In this document: positions 8,070-21,232 of the stretch, one piece after another
How positions within the stretch are numbered: position 1 is the first letter of the stretch
How the letters are laid out: each line of letters starts with the position of its first letter
DNA from: Archaeoglobus fulgidus DSM 4304
Lineage (GTDB): Archaea; Halobacteriota; Archaeoglobi; Archaeoglobales; Archaeoglobaceae
Direction of reading: 5' to 3'
DNA length: 32,000 bases
NCBI RefSeq assembly: GCF_000008665.1
Contig: NC_000917.1
Span: forward strand, 870,001 to 902,000
The notes under the pieces: generated by a model
What the model saw: only the letters and a program-made list of their open reading frames with translations
Told to the model about the DNA's origin: nothing
Database searches by the model: none
Made by a program: the position numbers and the translations under genes

Positions 8070-9725
8070 ATGGAGATTGAGAGATATATCGTTCCAAAGG
8101 AGACTTGGCCCGAGATAATAATTCCTGTCGAGGTGCAGGAGTATATTGGAGAGAGGAAGGAGCTGAATCTGGCTGAAGAGTTGCTTGACCGAAATATCAG
8201 GGAAGGGCGAGGCAGAAAGGTGGCTGTTTACTTTGAGGACAGGAGAGTAACTTACAGAGACCTCTACAGGCTGAGCAACAAGATTGCCAACTTCCTTGTT
8301 GGGATAGGCGTCCAACCGTATGATAGAGTCGGTTTCAGAACGAGGAACATGCCGGAAGCAATTGCAGTGAACTTCGGCATAATGAAGGCAGGAGCCATTC
8401 CTGTGCCTCTAAACCCAATGTGGGCGGGCAAGGAGGTGTCATTCGTCTCGAACAACGCTGAAATTAAGGCCTTGTTTGTCAGCGGTGACGAGAGAGTATT
8501 CCCGGCGGTGAATGAGGTCAAGGATGAGATCAAGACTGCAAAGGCCATGGTTGTGATGGATGGGGAGAAGGAGGGCTTCATCCCCTTCTCGGAGGTTACG
8601 GCTGAGAGTGCGAAGTTTGACCCAATACTGCTCAAAATCGGAACCCCAGCACTGATTCTCTACACCTCTGGCACAACAGGCTTGCCAAAGGGCTGTGTGC
8701 ACTTCGTTGAGAATGTGATATCATCAGTCTACCTCGTGGGCAAGCACGTCTGGAAGCTCACACCAGATGACGTTGTTGGAGGGCCCGCTCCGGTAAGCTT
8801 TGCGATGGGCTACGGCAACGGCTGCCTAATTCCCTACTTCCACGGTGCTGCAGCGAGCATCTGGCCGAGATTCAGCGTTGAGAACTTCTTCAAGTACGTG
8901 GAGGAGCACGGCATCACAGTCTTTTCCTCACTTCCAACATCCTACAGAATGATTCTCGCCGACCCCAAGCTGGAGGAGTACATGAACAAGTACGACATCA
9001 GCAGTCTGAGGCTCTTCACGGGCGGTGGAGAAGCTTTGGGTGCTGAGACGGCAAAGAGGTGGAAGGAGGTCTTCGGAATGGACATCTACGAGTCTCTGGG
9101 TGCTACAGAGATGCTGCACATCTGTATCGCCAACGCCTGCGCTCCCAAGCCCGTTGCTGGAAGCATAGGTTTTCCAGTGCCGGGCTATATTGCTAAGATA
9201 GTTGACCCTGAAACTGGAAAGGAGTGCGGGGCAGATGAAGTGGGGAGCTTATACATCAAAGGTCCGACCGGAATAAGATACTGGAATCACCCATCGAGAG
9301 ACCTGAGCGAGAAGCAGGCGAAGAGTGTGAAGAACGGCTGGAACGTGCTCGGAGACTTCGTCAGGAAAGATGAAAACGGCTACATATACTTCGTTTCCAG
9401 AGATGACGACCTAATCAAGTCCAGCGGCTACAGAATCGGGCCAGATGAAATAGAGCAACCCCTCAACACCCATCCGGCAGTTGCCGAGTGTGCTGTCATA
9501 GGCGTTCCTGACCCAGAGGGAATCAGGGGACAGGTAGTGAAGGCCATAATAAGGCTCAAGGAGGGTTATACTCCAGACGAGAAGCTCAAGGAGGACATTT
9601 TAGCCTTCCTTGAAAAGCACATCGCCAAGTACAAGCTACCGAGGATAATTGAGTTTACGGATAAACCTCTGCCAAGAACACCCACAGGAAAGCTGCTGAG
9701 AAGGCTGTTGAAGCAGAGTAGCTGA
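8070..9725 (+). CDS. AMP-forming acyl-CoA synthetase/ligase
   Basis: 551 aa. PALILYTSGTTGLPKGCVHF, VLGDFVRKDENGYIYFVSRDDDLIKSSGYRIGPDEIE and PRTPTGKLLRRLLKQSS. Four nt after the preceding synthetase. Confidence 0.9.
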   Translation: MEIERYIVPKETWPEIIIPVEVQEYIGERKELNLAEELLDRNIREGRGRKVAVYFEDRRVTYRDLYRLSNKIANFLVGIGVQPYDRVGFRTRNMPEAIAVNFGIMKAGAIPVPLNPMWAGKEVSFVSNNAEIKALFVSGDERVFPAVNEVKDEIKTAKAMVVMDGEKEGFIPFSEVTAESAKFDPILLKIGTPALILYTSGTTGLPKGCVHFVENVISSVYLVGKHVWKLTPDDVVGGPAPVSFAMGYGNGCLIPYFHGAAASIWPRFSVENFFKYVEEHGITVFSSLPTSYRMILADPKLEEYMNKYDISSLRLFTGGGEALGAETAKRWKEVFGMDIYESLGATEMLHICIANACAPKPVAGSIGFPVPGYIAKIVDPETGKECGADEVGSLYIKGPTGIRYWNHPSRDLSEKQAKSVKNGWNVLGDFVRKDENGYIYFVSRDDDLIKSSGYRIGPDEIEQPLNTHPAVAECAVIGVPDPEGIRGQVVKAIIRLKEGYTPDEKLKEDILAFLEKHIAKYKLPRIIEFTDKPLPRTPTGKLLRRLLKQSS

Positions 9726-9898
9726 TTTTTCTTTTTTTAAAAAGAATATTTTTTATTTTTTGATGTCGATTTTAACATTTTCTAAATTGGCCGCGTTCTT
9801 GAGAAATCTTCAATTTCTACAAATTTTCTTAAAAATTCTTCAGTAAATTCTCTAATTCATGCAAAAAACTTTTAAATCTGGCATGAAATCCTGAGTAC

Positions 9899-12017
<2,119 letters not shown>

Positions 12018-12025
<8 letters not shown>

Positions 12026-12670
12026 ACTCTCCCCTGAATTTTCTGCTCAAAACTCTCTCAACAGCCCCGGCAAAGGCGTCGAGCAATACAGCAAGAATCC
12101 CAACCCATAAACCCGCAACGAGTATGAGGAGCTTGTCGTAGAGATGAATCCCCGTCTGAAGTGGTGCTCCAAGCCCACCTGCAGCAATTAACCCTCCCAG
12201 AGTAACCACACCCATCGTGAAAACCACCGCAATCCTGATTCCTCCCATGATTAGGGGAAGAGCCAAGGGGAATCTCACCTTCAGCAGAATTTCCCTCTCA
12301 GACATCCCTATTGCCCTCGCAATCTCGATGTACTCCTCGCTGACTGTAACAAGGCCTGTGTAAGTGTTCCTTGCTATGGGGAGAATGGAGTAGAGTATAC
12401 ATGCTGCAATTGTTGGAACCATTCCCAAACCGAGAATTGGGAGTAGGAGGACCAGCAGAGCAAGAGTGGGAATCGTTTCGATGACATTCAGAGCGTTGAA
12501 GGTGAGGCTCTCAATCTTGCGGTGCCTGTAAATCAAAACGCCGAGGAGCACTCCCACAATGACTGACACTGCGAGGGAGACTGAAAACATGTAGAGGTGT
12601 TCGAGAGTTCTCTCCGTAAGCCTGTGAAGCTCCCAGATTTCAATAAGGGTGGTTAAAAAGCTGCCGTCGG

Positions 12671-12674
<4 letters not shown>
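12018..12674 (-). CDS. Osmoprotectant ABC transporter permease
   Basis: 218 aa. NVIETIPTLALLVLLLPILGLGMVPTIAACILYSILPIARNTYTGLVTVSEEYIEIARAIGMSEREILLKVRFPLALPLIMGG. Overlaps its neighbours. Confidence 0.9.
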
Positions 12675-14649
<1,975 letters not shown>

Positions 14650-14653
14650 TTAA

Positions 14654-14676
14654 ATGATAAATCCCTTATAAAAGCT
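14654..14676 (-). promoter_or_regulatory. Predicted BRE/TATA region of the proX operon
   Basis: Minus strand reads AGCTTTTATAAGGGATTTATCAT upstream of proX, resembling an archaeal TATA box. Confidence 0.55.
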
Positions 14677-14860
14677 TTTTGAGGTTCGGACTCTAGCGTG
14701 ATATCTCAAATTTTACAATTACATTTTCCTTGTCACCTGAAAGATTTCCGCATGTTTGTTAGCTTTCTCACGTGGCAATCTTGTTGGGGGTACAAAGATA
14801 TTATGGGATGCGCTTTCAATTAGAGAGCAAAATTTTAAAAGATGAAGAAAAACCCCACTT

Positions 14861-15147
14861 ATGGAGCAATTATACAACATTCTGGACAACTTAAACCTCA
14901 TTACCTTCCTAATAACTCCCGATTTTGAGATAACATACGAGAATAGGAAAGCAAAAGAAATTTTTGGAGATGTTGTTGGAAAGAAGTGTTACGAGGTTAT
15001 GCATGGTCTGACATCATCACCAACCTTCTGCAGAATAATCGCAGCTCAAATAAGCTATTAATGGACAGATATGGGGGTAAAATTACAATAAGGGATAACG
15101 AACCACAAGGAACGATTTTTGAATTAAAACTAAAATGTCCTGAGTGA
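14861..15147 (+). pseudogene. Remnant of a PAS-domain sensor histidine kinase (N-terminal PAS fragment joined out of frame to the kinase C-terminal end)
   Basis: Frame 2 gives MEQLYNILDNLNLITFLITPDFEITYENRKAKEIFGDVVGKKCYEVMHGLTSSPTFCRIIAAQISY*. Frame 1 from about 15049 gives NKLLMDRYGGKITIRDNEPQGTIFELKLKCPE* (stop 15145-15147), which resembles the end of a HATPase_c domain. The intervening kinase body is absent. Confidence 0.65.
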
Positions 15148-15171
15148 AAATCCCTCAATTCACTCTACAAC

Positions 15172-15804
15172 TCAAATTACCCTGTCAGCGGTAATCATCG
15201 AGAGTGTTGCAATGATTCCGTCATAAGCAACAACGAAAAGGATTCTGAAGAAGTCAAGATATCCTGTTAAAGCATTATCAACGATTACAACGGTGGAGCT
15301 TATCAGCGGGAAGATGACAGGGAAAAGCACAACTGGCAGAAGCATCTCCCTTGCTCTGGAGTGGGAAAGGAGGGGGGAGAGGGATGTGATTGAGACGGAC
15401 AAAGCAGCGTTGCAGACAGCAAATGCTGCAAACGCGGAGATAAAGTTGCCTTCGACGTCGAAGAGGGCGTAACAGATGGGAAAAATTAATGCCTGAACGG
15501 AAAGCATGAGGCAGAGGTTGAAAACTACCTTCCCACCAATTATCTCCTGAGGCGTTAGCGGAGAGGCTTTAAGACCTTCAATCGTCCCAGAATCGTACTC
15601 TTTTAAAAAGGAGGTGGAGTAGCCAAGCATTCCGGTAAGGAAGAAAATGATGAGGAGGAGAGGTGAAAACAGCTCACCCGGCTTCGGAATTGCTGCGCTG
15701 AAAAGAAATGCCGCTGTTAGGCTGAAAAGGAGCATCAAACTGATGTTCGACTTGGCCTTAAGCTCAAGCCTTAAGTCCTTCTTTGCAAGCTCAAGCAACC
15801 TCAT
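15172..15804 (-). CDS. ABC transporter membrane protein (CcmB/ABC-2-like permease)
   Basis: Polytopic protein paired with an overlapping ABC ATPase. The track gives start 15858, but ATG 15804 is preceded by GGAGG (TTGGAGGCCATTAATG) and overlaps the ATPase gene by only 14 nt. Confidence 0.8.
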   Translation of the reverse strand: MRLLELAKKDLRLELKAKSNISLMLLFSLTAAFLFSAAIPKPGELFSPLLLIIFFLTGMLGYSTSFLKEYDSGTIEGLKASPLTPQEIIGGKVVFNLCLMLSVQALIFPICYALFDVEGNFISAFAAFAVCNAALSVSITSLSPLLSHSRAREMLLPVVLFPVIFPLISSTVVIVDNALTGYLDFFRILFVVAYDGIIATLSMITADRVI

Positions 15805-16444
15805 TAATGGCCTCCAAAGCTCTTTCAAAGCTACCTCCATTGTAAACGAGCTGTCCATCCCGCAAAACGATGAAGGCCTCGCAAACTTTGGCCTCGTTAA
15901 GATTGTGAGTTGTAAAGAGCAGTGTCCCTTGGAAAGTACCTACAATTTCGAGAACTTTTTTTCTTACTGTCGCATCAAGTCCAGACGTCACCTCGTCGAG
16001 AATAAGCAAATCCGGGTCGTTTATTAGGGCTTTAGCCATTGAAACCCTCTGCAAGTAACCCCTGGAAAGCTCACTGACCTTAGTGTCAAGATACTCCAAA
16101 AAGTCGAATTTCCGAGCTAACTCTTCCAGTTTGGGTTTACTGTTGTATATTCCCGCGTAGAATTCTAAATTTTCCCTAACCGTAAGCTCTCCGTAGAGCA
16201 TTGGATTGTGAGTGGCAATGCCAATCCTCTCCCTCACATCCGGAGAGGCAGAAGGGTCCTTTCCGAAAACCTTTACCTCACCCTCGGTTGGCCTTAGTAT
16301 TCCTGCAACCATTTTAACCAGAGTTGACTTTCCCGCACCGTTTTGTCCAAGTACAGCTACCCTTCCAGCGTCAACTTCGAAATTGAGGTTCTTTAAGACG
16401 AGTTTCCTTCCGAATCGCTTCGAGAGATTTCTAACCTCTATCAT
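15791..16444 (-). CDS. ABC transporter ATP-binding protein
   Basis: 217 aa. VLGQNGAGKSTLVKM, ELSRGYLQRVSMAKALINDPDLLILDEVTSGLD. Confidence 0.93.
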   Translation of the reverse strand: MIEVRNLSKRFGRKLVLKNLNFEVDAGRVAVLGQNGAGKSTLVKMVAGILRPTEGEVKVFGKDPSASPDVRERIGIATHNPMLYGELTVRENLEFYAGIYNSKPKLEELARKFDFLEYLDTKVSELSRGYLQRVSMAKALINDPDLLILDEVTSGLDATVRKKVLEIVGTFQGTLLFTTHNLNEAKVCEAFIVLRDGQLVYNGGSFERALEAINEVA

Positions 16445-16452
16445 ACTGCATC

Positions 16453-16989
16453 TCAGTCCAGAACTCCCTTCGCGCTTCTGTAATCATTTCCATTTTTTGT
16501 CAAAGCTTTTTTCAGCGATATAGCAACTGCCTTAACCGCAGCCTCCATTTTGTGGTGGGAATTGCTCCCCTTAACGCTAAGGTAAACGTTCAAGCCAGCA
16601 TTTCTGCAGAGGGTGTCGAGGAAGTGGAGAAAGTCCTCTTCCCTCATCTCACCATCCCCAAAAGTCCCCTCCACCACAAGCACGCCTCTCCCGCTGAAGT
16701 CGAGACCGCAGATTGCTACAGCATCATCCATTGGAACGATGGCATCTCCAAACCTCTCCAAACCCTTTTTATCCACCCCGGCAAGAGCCTTTCCGAGCGC
16801 GATGGCAACATCCTCTATAACGTGGTGCTCAAGGTCTCCCTTTGCCTTCACTCTCAGCTTTATCCCGGAGTGCCTTGAAAGCGTTTTCAGCATGTGGTCG
16901 AGAAAAGCGATGCCAGTATCAACTTTCAGCTCTTCTCCAAGAACGACTTCCACCTCTGTCTCCTCCGTTTTCCTGCTAAACTTTTTCAT
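16453..16989 (-). CDS. hisB: Imidazoleglycerol-phosphate dehydratase
   Basis: 178 aa. TGIAFLDHMLKTLSRHSG, DLEHHVIEDVAIALGKAL, GSNSHHKMEAAVKAVAISLKKAL. Confidence 0.96.
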   Translation of the reverse strand: MKKFSRKTEETEVEVVLGEELKVDTGIAFLDHMLKTLSRHSGIKLRVKAKGDLEHHVIEDVAIALGKALAGVDKKGLERFGDAIVPMDDAVAICGLDFSGRGVLVVEGTFGDGEMREEDFLHFLDTLCRNAGLNVYLSVKGSNSHHKMEAAVKAVAISLKKALTKNGNDYRSAKGVLD

Positions 16990-17692
16990 ACTCCACCTTT
17001 ATTGCTTCCTCAAATTTAAGCTTTTTAGTGTACAAAGCCGAGCCAATCACAACTCCTGCAGCCCCAACCCTCTTTGCGAATCTGATGTCCTCTATGCTGC
17101 TAATCCCTCCCGCGACGTAAACCGGATTTCTGAGGCTTTTCACAACTTCCTCAATTCTTTCCCTCTCTATTCCGGAAACCAGCCCCTCAACATCGATGTT
17201 GGTGTAGAGGAATGAAACGTCGAGGTCATCATAGAGCTCTGCAAGCTGCACGGGTGTAAGCTCCACCACCTCCTTCCAGCCCTTCACAGCAACTCTGCCC
17301 TTCTTCGAGTCTATGGCAACCATGACCCTCCCCTTCCATTTCTTGGCGAACTCTCTGAGCTCCTCAACCCTCTCTACAGCAATCGTCCCGAAAATAACCC
17401 TGTCCACACCAAGCTCAAAAAGTCTCTCAGCAACTCTGAAATCCCTTATTCCCCCACCAACCTGCACCTCTGCCATTTTCGCAATCTCAGCGATAATCTC
17501 CTCGTGCCTCAGCCTTCCCTGAAAGGCGCCGCTCAAATCAATGACGTGCAAAACCTTCGCTCCTATCTCAACCCATTGCTTTGCAACTTCAATGGGGTTG
17601 GTAGCCTCAAAGGTTACCTCATCCTCTTTACCCTGCCTCAACCTTACAACCTTCCCATCCTTGAGGTCTATGGCGGGAATAACTCGAAACAT
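16976..17692 (-). CDS. hisA: Phosphoribosylformimino-5-aminoimidazole carboxamide ribotide isomerase
   Basis: 238 aa. FRVIPAIDLKDGKVVRLRQG, VQVGGGIRDFRVAERL, VAGGISSIEDI, GVVIGSALYTKK. Overlaps hisB by 14 nt. Confidence 0.96.
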   Translation of the reverse strand: MFRVIPAIDLKDGKVVRLRQGKEDEVTFEATNPIEVAKQWVEIGAKVLHVIDLSGAFQGRLRHEEIIAEIAKMAEVQVGGGIRDFRVAERLFELGVDRVIFGTIAVERVEELREFAKKWKGRVMVAIDSKKGRVAVKGWKEVVELTPVQLAELYDDLDVSFLYTNIDVEGLVSGIERERIEEVVKSLRNPVYVAGGISSIEDIRFAKRVGAAGVVIGSALYTKKLKFEEAIKVEYEKV

Positions 17693-17722
17693 CTTAAGGA
17701 GTGGGAAGAAAAGGTTAAAAAA

Positions 17723-18115
17723 TTATTTGATGCAGACAACAGGCTGCTTTGCGTGCAGTATAACCTGCTGAGCAACACTGCCGAAGAGCAATTTACCAGC
17801 AGGCCTCCTTTTTCTCACTCCTATCACAATCATCGAGGCTTCAACTTCATCAGCAAACTCCACTATGTCCTCTTCCGGCTCCTTGCCCCTCACGAGCAGA
17901 TGCTTCTCGGCCTCAACACCCCTGTTCTCAGCAAGACTTACGACGTAGTCCAGCAACCTCTCGCCTGCTTCAATCTCCTTTGCACTCGTTTTATCCCCAC
18001 CGTAGAGGGAGTGAACGAAGAGAAGCTTCTCTCCCCTCAATTTCGCCTCCTCAATGGCAAAATCCACGACCCTTGGTGTTCTGTCTGAGTGGTCCACAGC
18101 GACAACAATTGCCAT
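17723..18115 (-). CDS. UspA-like universal stress protein domain protein
   Basis: 130 aa. MAIVVAVDHSDRTPRVVDFAIEEAKLRGEKLLFVHSLYGG...ASMIVIGVRKRRPAGKLLFGSVAQQVILHAKQPVVCIK. Confidence 0.9.
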   Translation of the reverse strand: MAIVVAVDHSDRTPRVVDFAIEEAKLRGEKLLFVHSLYGGDKTSAKEIEAGERLLDYVVSLAENRGVEAEKHLLVRGKEPEEDIVEFADEVEASMIVIGVRKRRPAGKLLFGSVAQQVILHAKQPVVCIK

Positions 18116-18224
18116 AAAACTGATAATAAATCACTTATAAATAGCTTTGTCCGGAGGTAGGGATTGATGGTTTCAATAACTATTTTGAAAAACTTTTTAT
18201 TGATAAATCAATCTTCATTAATCT

Positions 18225-19268
18225 ATGAAGAGGTTGGCGGTGGTGCTTTGCCTAATCGTGATTGGAGTTTTTTTAGCCGGCTGTGCTGCAGAGGAGAAGC
18301 CTGAGGGAGCAACAACCCCTAAGGTAGAGGTTAAGCCGTGGAGCTGGGCTACCTGTGACCCGTCCTGCTACGCTTACAGAGTAGTAACTGGAATTTTCGA
18401 TGCGGTGAAGGATGACGTCCCAGGCTACGAGTTTTCTGTTAAACCCTATTCCTCAACAACTGCAGCTATTAAAGGATTCTGCAACGGTGAAGCTGAGAGT
18501 GCCTATATTGCTGACCTGGCAGCCAAGAACCTTTATGAGTCAACCGGGTCTTTTGAGGGATTCGTGTGTGAACAAAAGCCCGTTCAGACATTCTGGGCTT
18601 ACACCATGGAGACTTTCCTCGTCACAACAAAGGAGAACGCTGAGAATATCAGGAGCTGGAGTGACCTTGATGGAAAGTCAGTTTACCTCACCCCTGCGGG
18701 ATACATGAACCATCTGAACCTCAGAAGAGCCTTCGCCGTTCTCGGAGTGGAGCCGCAGCACACAGAGGTTGACTCAAAGTTCGTCTGCAAGGCCCTCGAA
18801 GAGGGAACGATTGTGGCAACAGGTCTTTACACCACAGCCGGAGTCTCTCTGCCCACATGGGGGCAGGAGCTGACCATAGCCTGCAAGGACAAGCTTGTTG
18901 TAATCAAAATGAGCGACGAGGAGAAGCAGAAAATCATGGCCAAGTACGGGGTCAAAGAGATTGATGTGAGCAAGTGGGGCATTGAGGGGACTGCAGATGC
19001 GGTTCCGTTCTACTTCGGATTCCACACAAGCCTGAATACACCTGAAGATGCGGTTTACAATCTGTTAAAGGCTCTGGAGAAGAATTCAGACAAACTCGCT
19101 CAGGTTGACCCAGGACTTGAACCTCTCGCCAAGAACGTTGCGGAGTTCCAGGTTGGAGGAATAAAGTCTGCTGACCCAAGCGTTATGCCCATTCATCCTG
19201 GTCTGGCGAAGTATTTGAAGGAAAAGGGGTTGTGGAACAGCGAGTGGGATCAGTACATAGCCAAGTGA
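18225..19268 (+). CDS. TAXI-family TRAP transporter solute-binding lipoprotein
   Basis: 347 aa. Lipobox FLAGC, then WSWATCDPSCYAYRVVTGIFDAVKD...GFCNGEAESAYIADLAAKNLYESTGSF. Directly upstream of a fused TRAP permease. Confidence 0.88.
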   Translation: MKRLAVVLCLIVIGVFLAGCAAEEKPEGATTPKVEVKPWSWATCDPSCYAYRVVTGIFDAVKDDVPGYEFSVKPYSSTTAAIKGFCNGEAESAYIADLAAKNLYESTGSFEGFVCEQKPVQTFWAYTMETFLVTTKENAENIRSWSDLDGKSVYLTPAGYMNHLNLRRAFAVLGVEPQHTEVDSKFVCKALEEGTIVATGLYTTAGVSLPTWGQELTIACKDKLVVIKMSDEEKQKIMAKYGVKEIDVSKWGIEGTADAVPFYFGFHTSLNTPEDAVYNLLKALEKNSDKLAQVDPGLEPLAKNVAEFQVGGIKSADPSVMPIHPGLAKYLKEKGLWNSEWDQYIAK

Positions 19269-19282
19269 TCGGAGGTGGCTGA

Positions 19283-21214
19283 ATGGTTAACTCTTCCAAA
19301 TTTTTTTCCTACCTAATTTTTATCGCGTCTCTCATTTACTTTTCCTGCGCCATTTACTACTACACCACTGGCACAATGGGAACGATGTTCTGGGTTCTCG
19401 CCTTGGTGCCGGTGGCGTATATAATCTACACACTTGAAAAGCTGAAGGATGGCAGTCTTTATCCGAAGCTTGGTAAATTTCAGTATGCGGTTGGGTTTTT
19501 CTTCATAGCCATATGCGTTTTTTCGGCCGTTTACCTCCCCATGAACTATCTCGACTTGATTTACACGAGAGTTGGTTCTTTCACGCTAACCGATAAGCTT
19601 GTTGGTGTTTTCCTATTCCTGTTTGTTGTTGAATACGCGAGGAGGGAGCACAAGGTTTTATTCTTTCTGATAATATTTCTTATCATTTACTGCATGTACG
19701 GGGACTTGTTCCCCGGAATTCTGAAAACTTCGAGAATAAGCCTCGAAAGGGTAATCACTTCATCCACAATCGAAATTAAGCTCGGAATGTTCGGCACCTA
19801 CGCTCAGGCCGGTGTGGGAATAATAGGTGCCTTCCTTCTTCTCATGGGAATTGCAAAGGGCTTCGAAATAGACAAAGCCCTGATCAGGACGATAATAAAC
19901 GCCCTGAGCAAAAGGCCCGCGCTGATTCCTCAATCAGCCGTGATAGGTTCAATGAGCGTTGCGATGTGTACGGGATCAGGAGCGGCAGATTCAGCTCTGG
20001 TAGGGCAGTTCACAATTCCGGCAATGCGCAGGGCTGGATTTCCTGCTCTATATGCAGCAGCAACTGAGGGCGCTGCTGCTCTCGGTGGGCTTATAATGCC
20101 ACCAGTTATGGCCATAGCAGCCTTTCTCATGGCTGAGTTTCTGGGTGTAAGTTACTTCGAGGTTGTAATCAGGGGATTCGTTCTGGCTTTCATTTACTAC
20201 TTCTCCATAATACTCACGGTCTACCTCCTCACCATTCAGTACGTGAAGCCGGGCAGGATAAAAATTGACGACGTGCTTTCGCAGCTTGGCAGGGTTGAGA
20301 TAACGGACAAGGTTTATGCCGTAATATTTTTCCTCAGCCTCATCCTTCTCATTGTTTTGATGGGAGTTTTCTGGTGGCCGGAAGTCAGGGCAGCGCTCTT
20401 CACATCGATGCTTTTCCTGATCGCAGCATCGGTGATCAGAGTTTTAACAGCGAAAGACTTAAAGAAGGGTTTGAAAGAGCTGCTTAAAGGATTAAGGGGT
20501 GCAATAGAGGGTTATCCTGCAGTAGTAGTCGATATACTGCTACTTCTGGCTGTACTCGGAATTATAATAAACCTCTTCACCGTTAGCGGGTGGTTGATTA
20601 AAATCAGCATGCTTCTTCTCGACCTCGGAGAGGAAAGTCTGATCATTCTCGTCGCCCTCAGCTTCATGCTCGCCTACTTTCTGGGATTCGGCCTTCCACC
20701 ATCGGCAGTTTACATCATAGCCTCCGTGCTCGTTGTAACTCCCTTCATCTCCTTCGATGTGGACAAGTGGGTTGCGCACTTCTTCGTGTTCCTCGCTGCG
20801 GCAATATCCGAGTTCACACCCCCGGTAGCGCTGATAGCTGCTGTAACCTCAAGAATTGCCGAAACTCCCTTTGTAAAGACAGCATTCTACACCCAGAAGT
20901 GGATTCTGCCAATATACCTGCTGATATTCGCCGTTCTGACGTGGCCGGAGCTCGTTGTTCAGCCCGGATTGGAGATGCTCAAGGCCTTCGCCATTGTACT
21001 CATCGCCTGTTTAACAATAACTGTAGGAAGCTTTGGCAAAGTCAGCAGAAGAAGGGCTTTGGACTACTCAGCGAGATTTGGGATAATAGCGCTTGGATTG
21101 GTGATACTTTATGGGCCGGTTAAGGCATTGGCTCCAATGCTTGCACTGATTTCTGTTGTTGTGGTTTTCCTGGGTTTCAGACAGACCAAGAAAATATCCA
21201 TGATGGAGGAATAA
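19283..21214 (+). CDS. TRAP transporter fused permease (4TM/12TM type, DctQM-like)
   Basis: 643 aa polytopic. GIIGAFLLLMGIAKGFEIDKALIRTIINALSKRPALIPQSAVIGSMSVAMCTGSGAADSALVGQFTIPAMRRAGFPALYAAATEGAAALGGLIMPPVMAIAAFLMAEFLG. Confidence 0.95.
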   Translation: MVNSSKFFSYLIFIASLIYFSCAIYYYTTGTMGTMFWVLALVPVAYIIYTLEKLKDGSLYPKLGKFQYAVGFFFIAICVFSAVYLPMNYLDLIYTRVGSFTLTDKLVGVFLFLFVVEYARREHKVLFFLIIFLIIYCMYGDLFPGILKTSRISLERVITSSTIEIKLGMFGTYAQAGVGIIGAFLLLMGIAKGFEIDKALIRTIINALSKRPALIPQSAVIGSMSVAMCTGSGAADSALVGQFTIPAMRRAGFPALYAAATEGAAALGGLIMPPVMAIAAFLMAEFLGVSYFEVVIRGFVLAFIYYFSIILTVYLLTIQYVKPGRIKIDDVLSQLGRVEITDKVYAVIFFLSLILLIVLMGVFWWPEVRAALFTSMLFLIAASVIRVLTAKDLKKGLKELLKGLRGAIEGYPAVVVDILLLLAVLGIIINLFTVSGWLIKISMLLLDLGEESLIILVALSFMLAYFLGFGLPPSAVYIIASVLVVTPFISFDVDKWVAHFFVFLAAAISEFTPPVALIAAVTSRIAETPFVKTAFYTQKWILPIYLLIFAVLTWPELVVQPGLEMLKAFAIVLIACLTITVGSFGKVSRRRALDYSARFGIIALGLVILYGPVKALAPMLALISVVVVFLGFRQTKKISMMEE

Positions 21215-21232
21215 AAATATTTTAAATTACTT

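Noticed and set aside
14719-14901. 60-aa minus-strand ORF between the proX promoter and the kinase remnant
   Set aside because: No domain, and it overlaps the PAS-like reading frame on the other strand, which has better evidence.
16613-17215. 200-aa ORF spanning hisB/hisA on the opposite strand
   Set aside because: Both his genes are strongly supported; the ORF is Ser/Pro/Leu-rich noise.
20767-21123. 118-aa ORF inside the TRAP permease gene
   Set aside because: Entirely within a conserved polytopic permease gene and lacks recognisable features.
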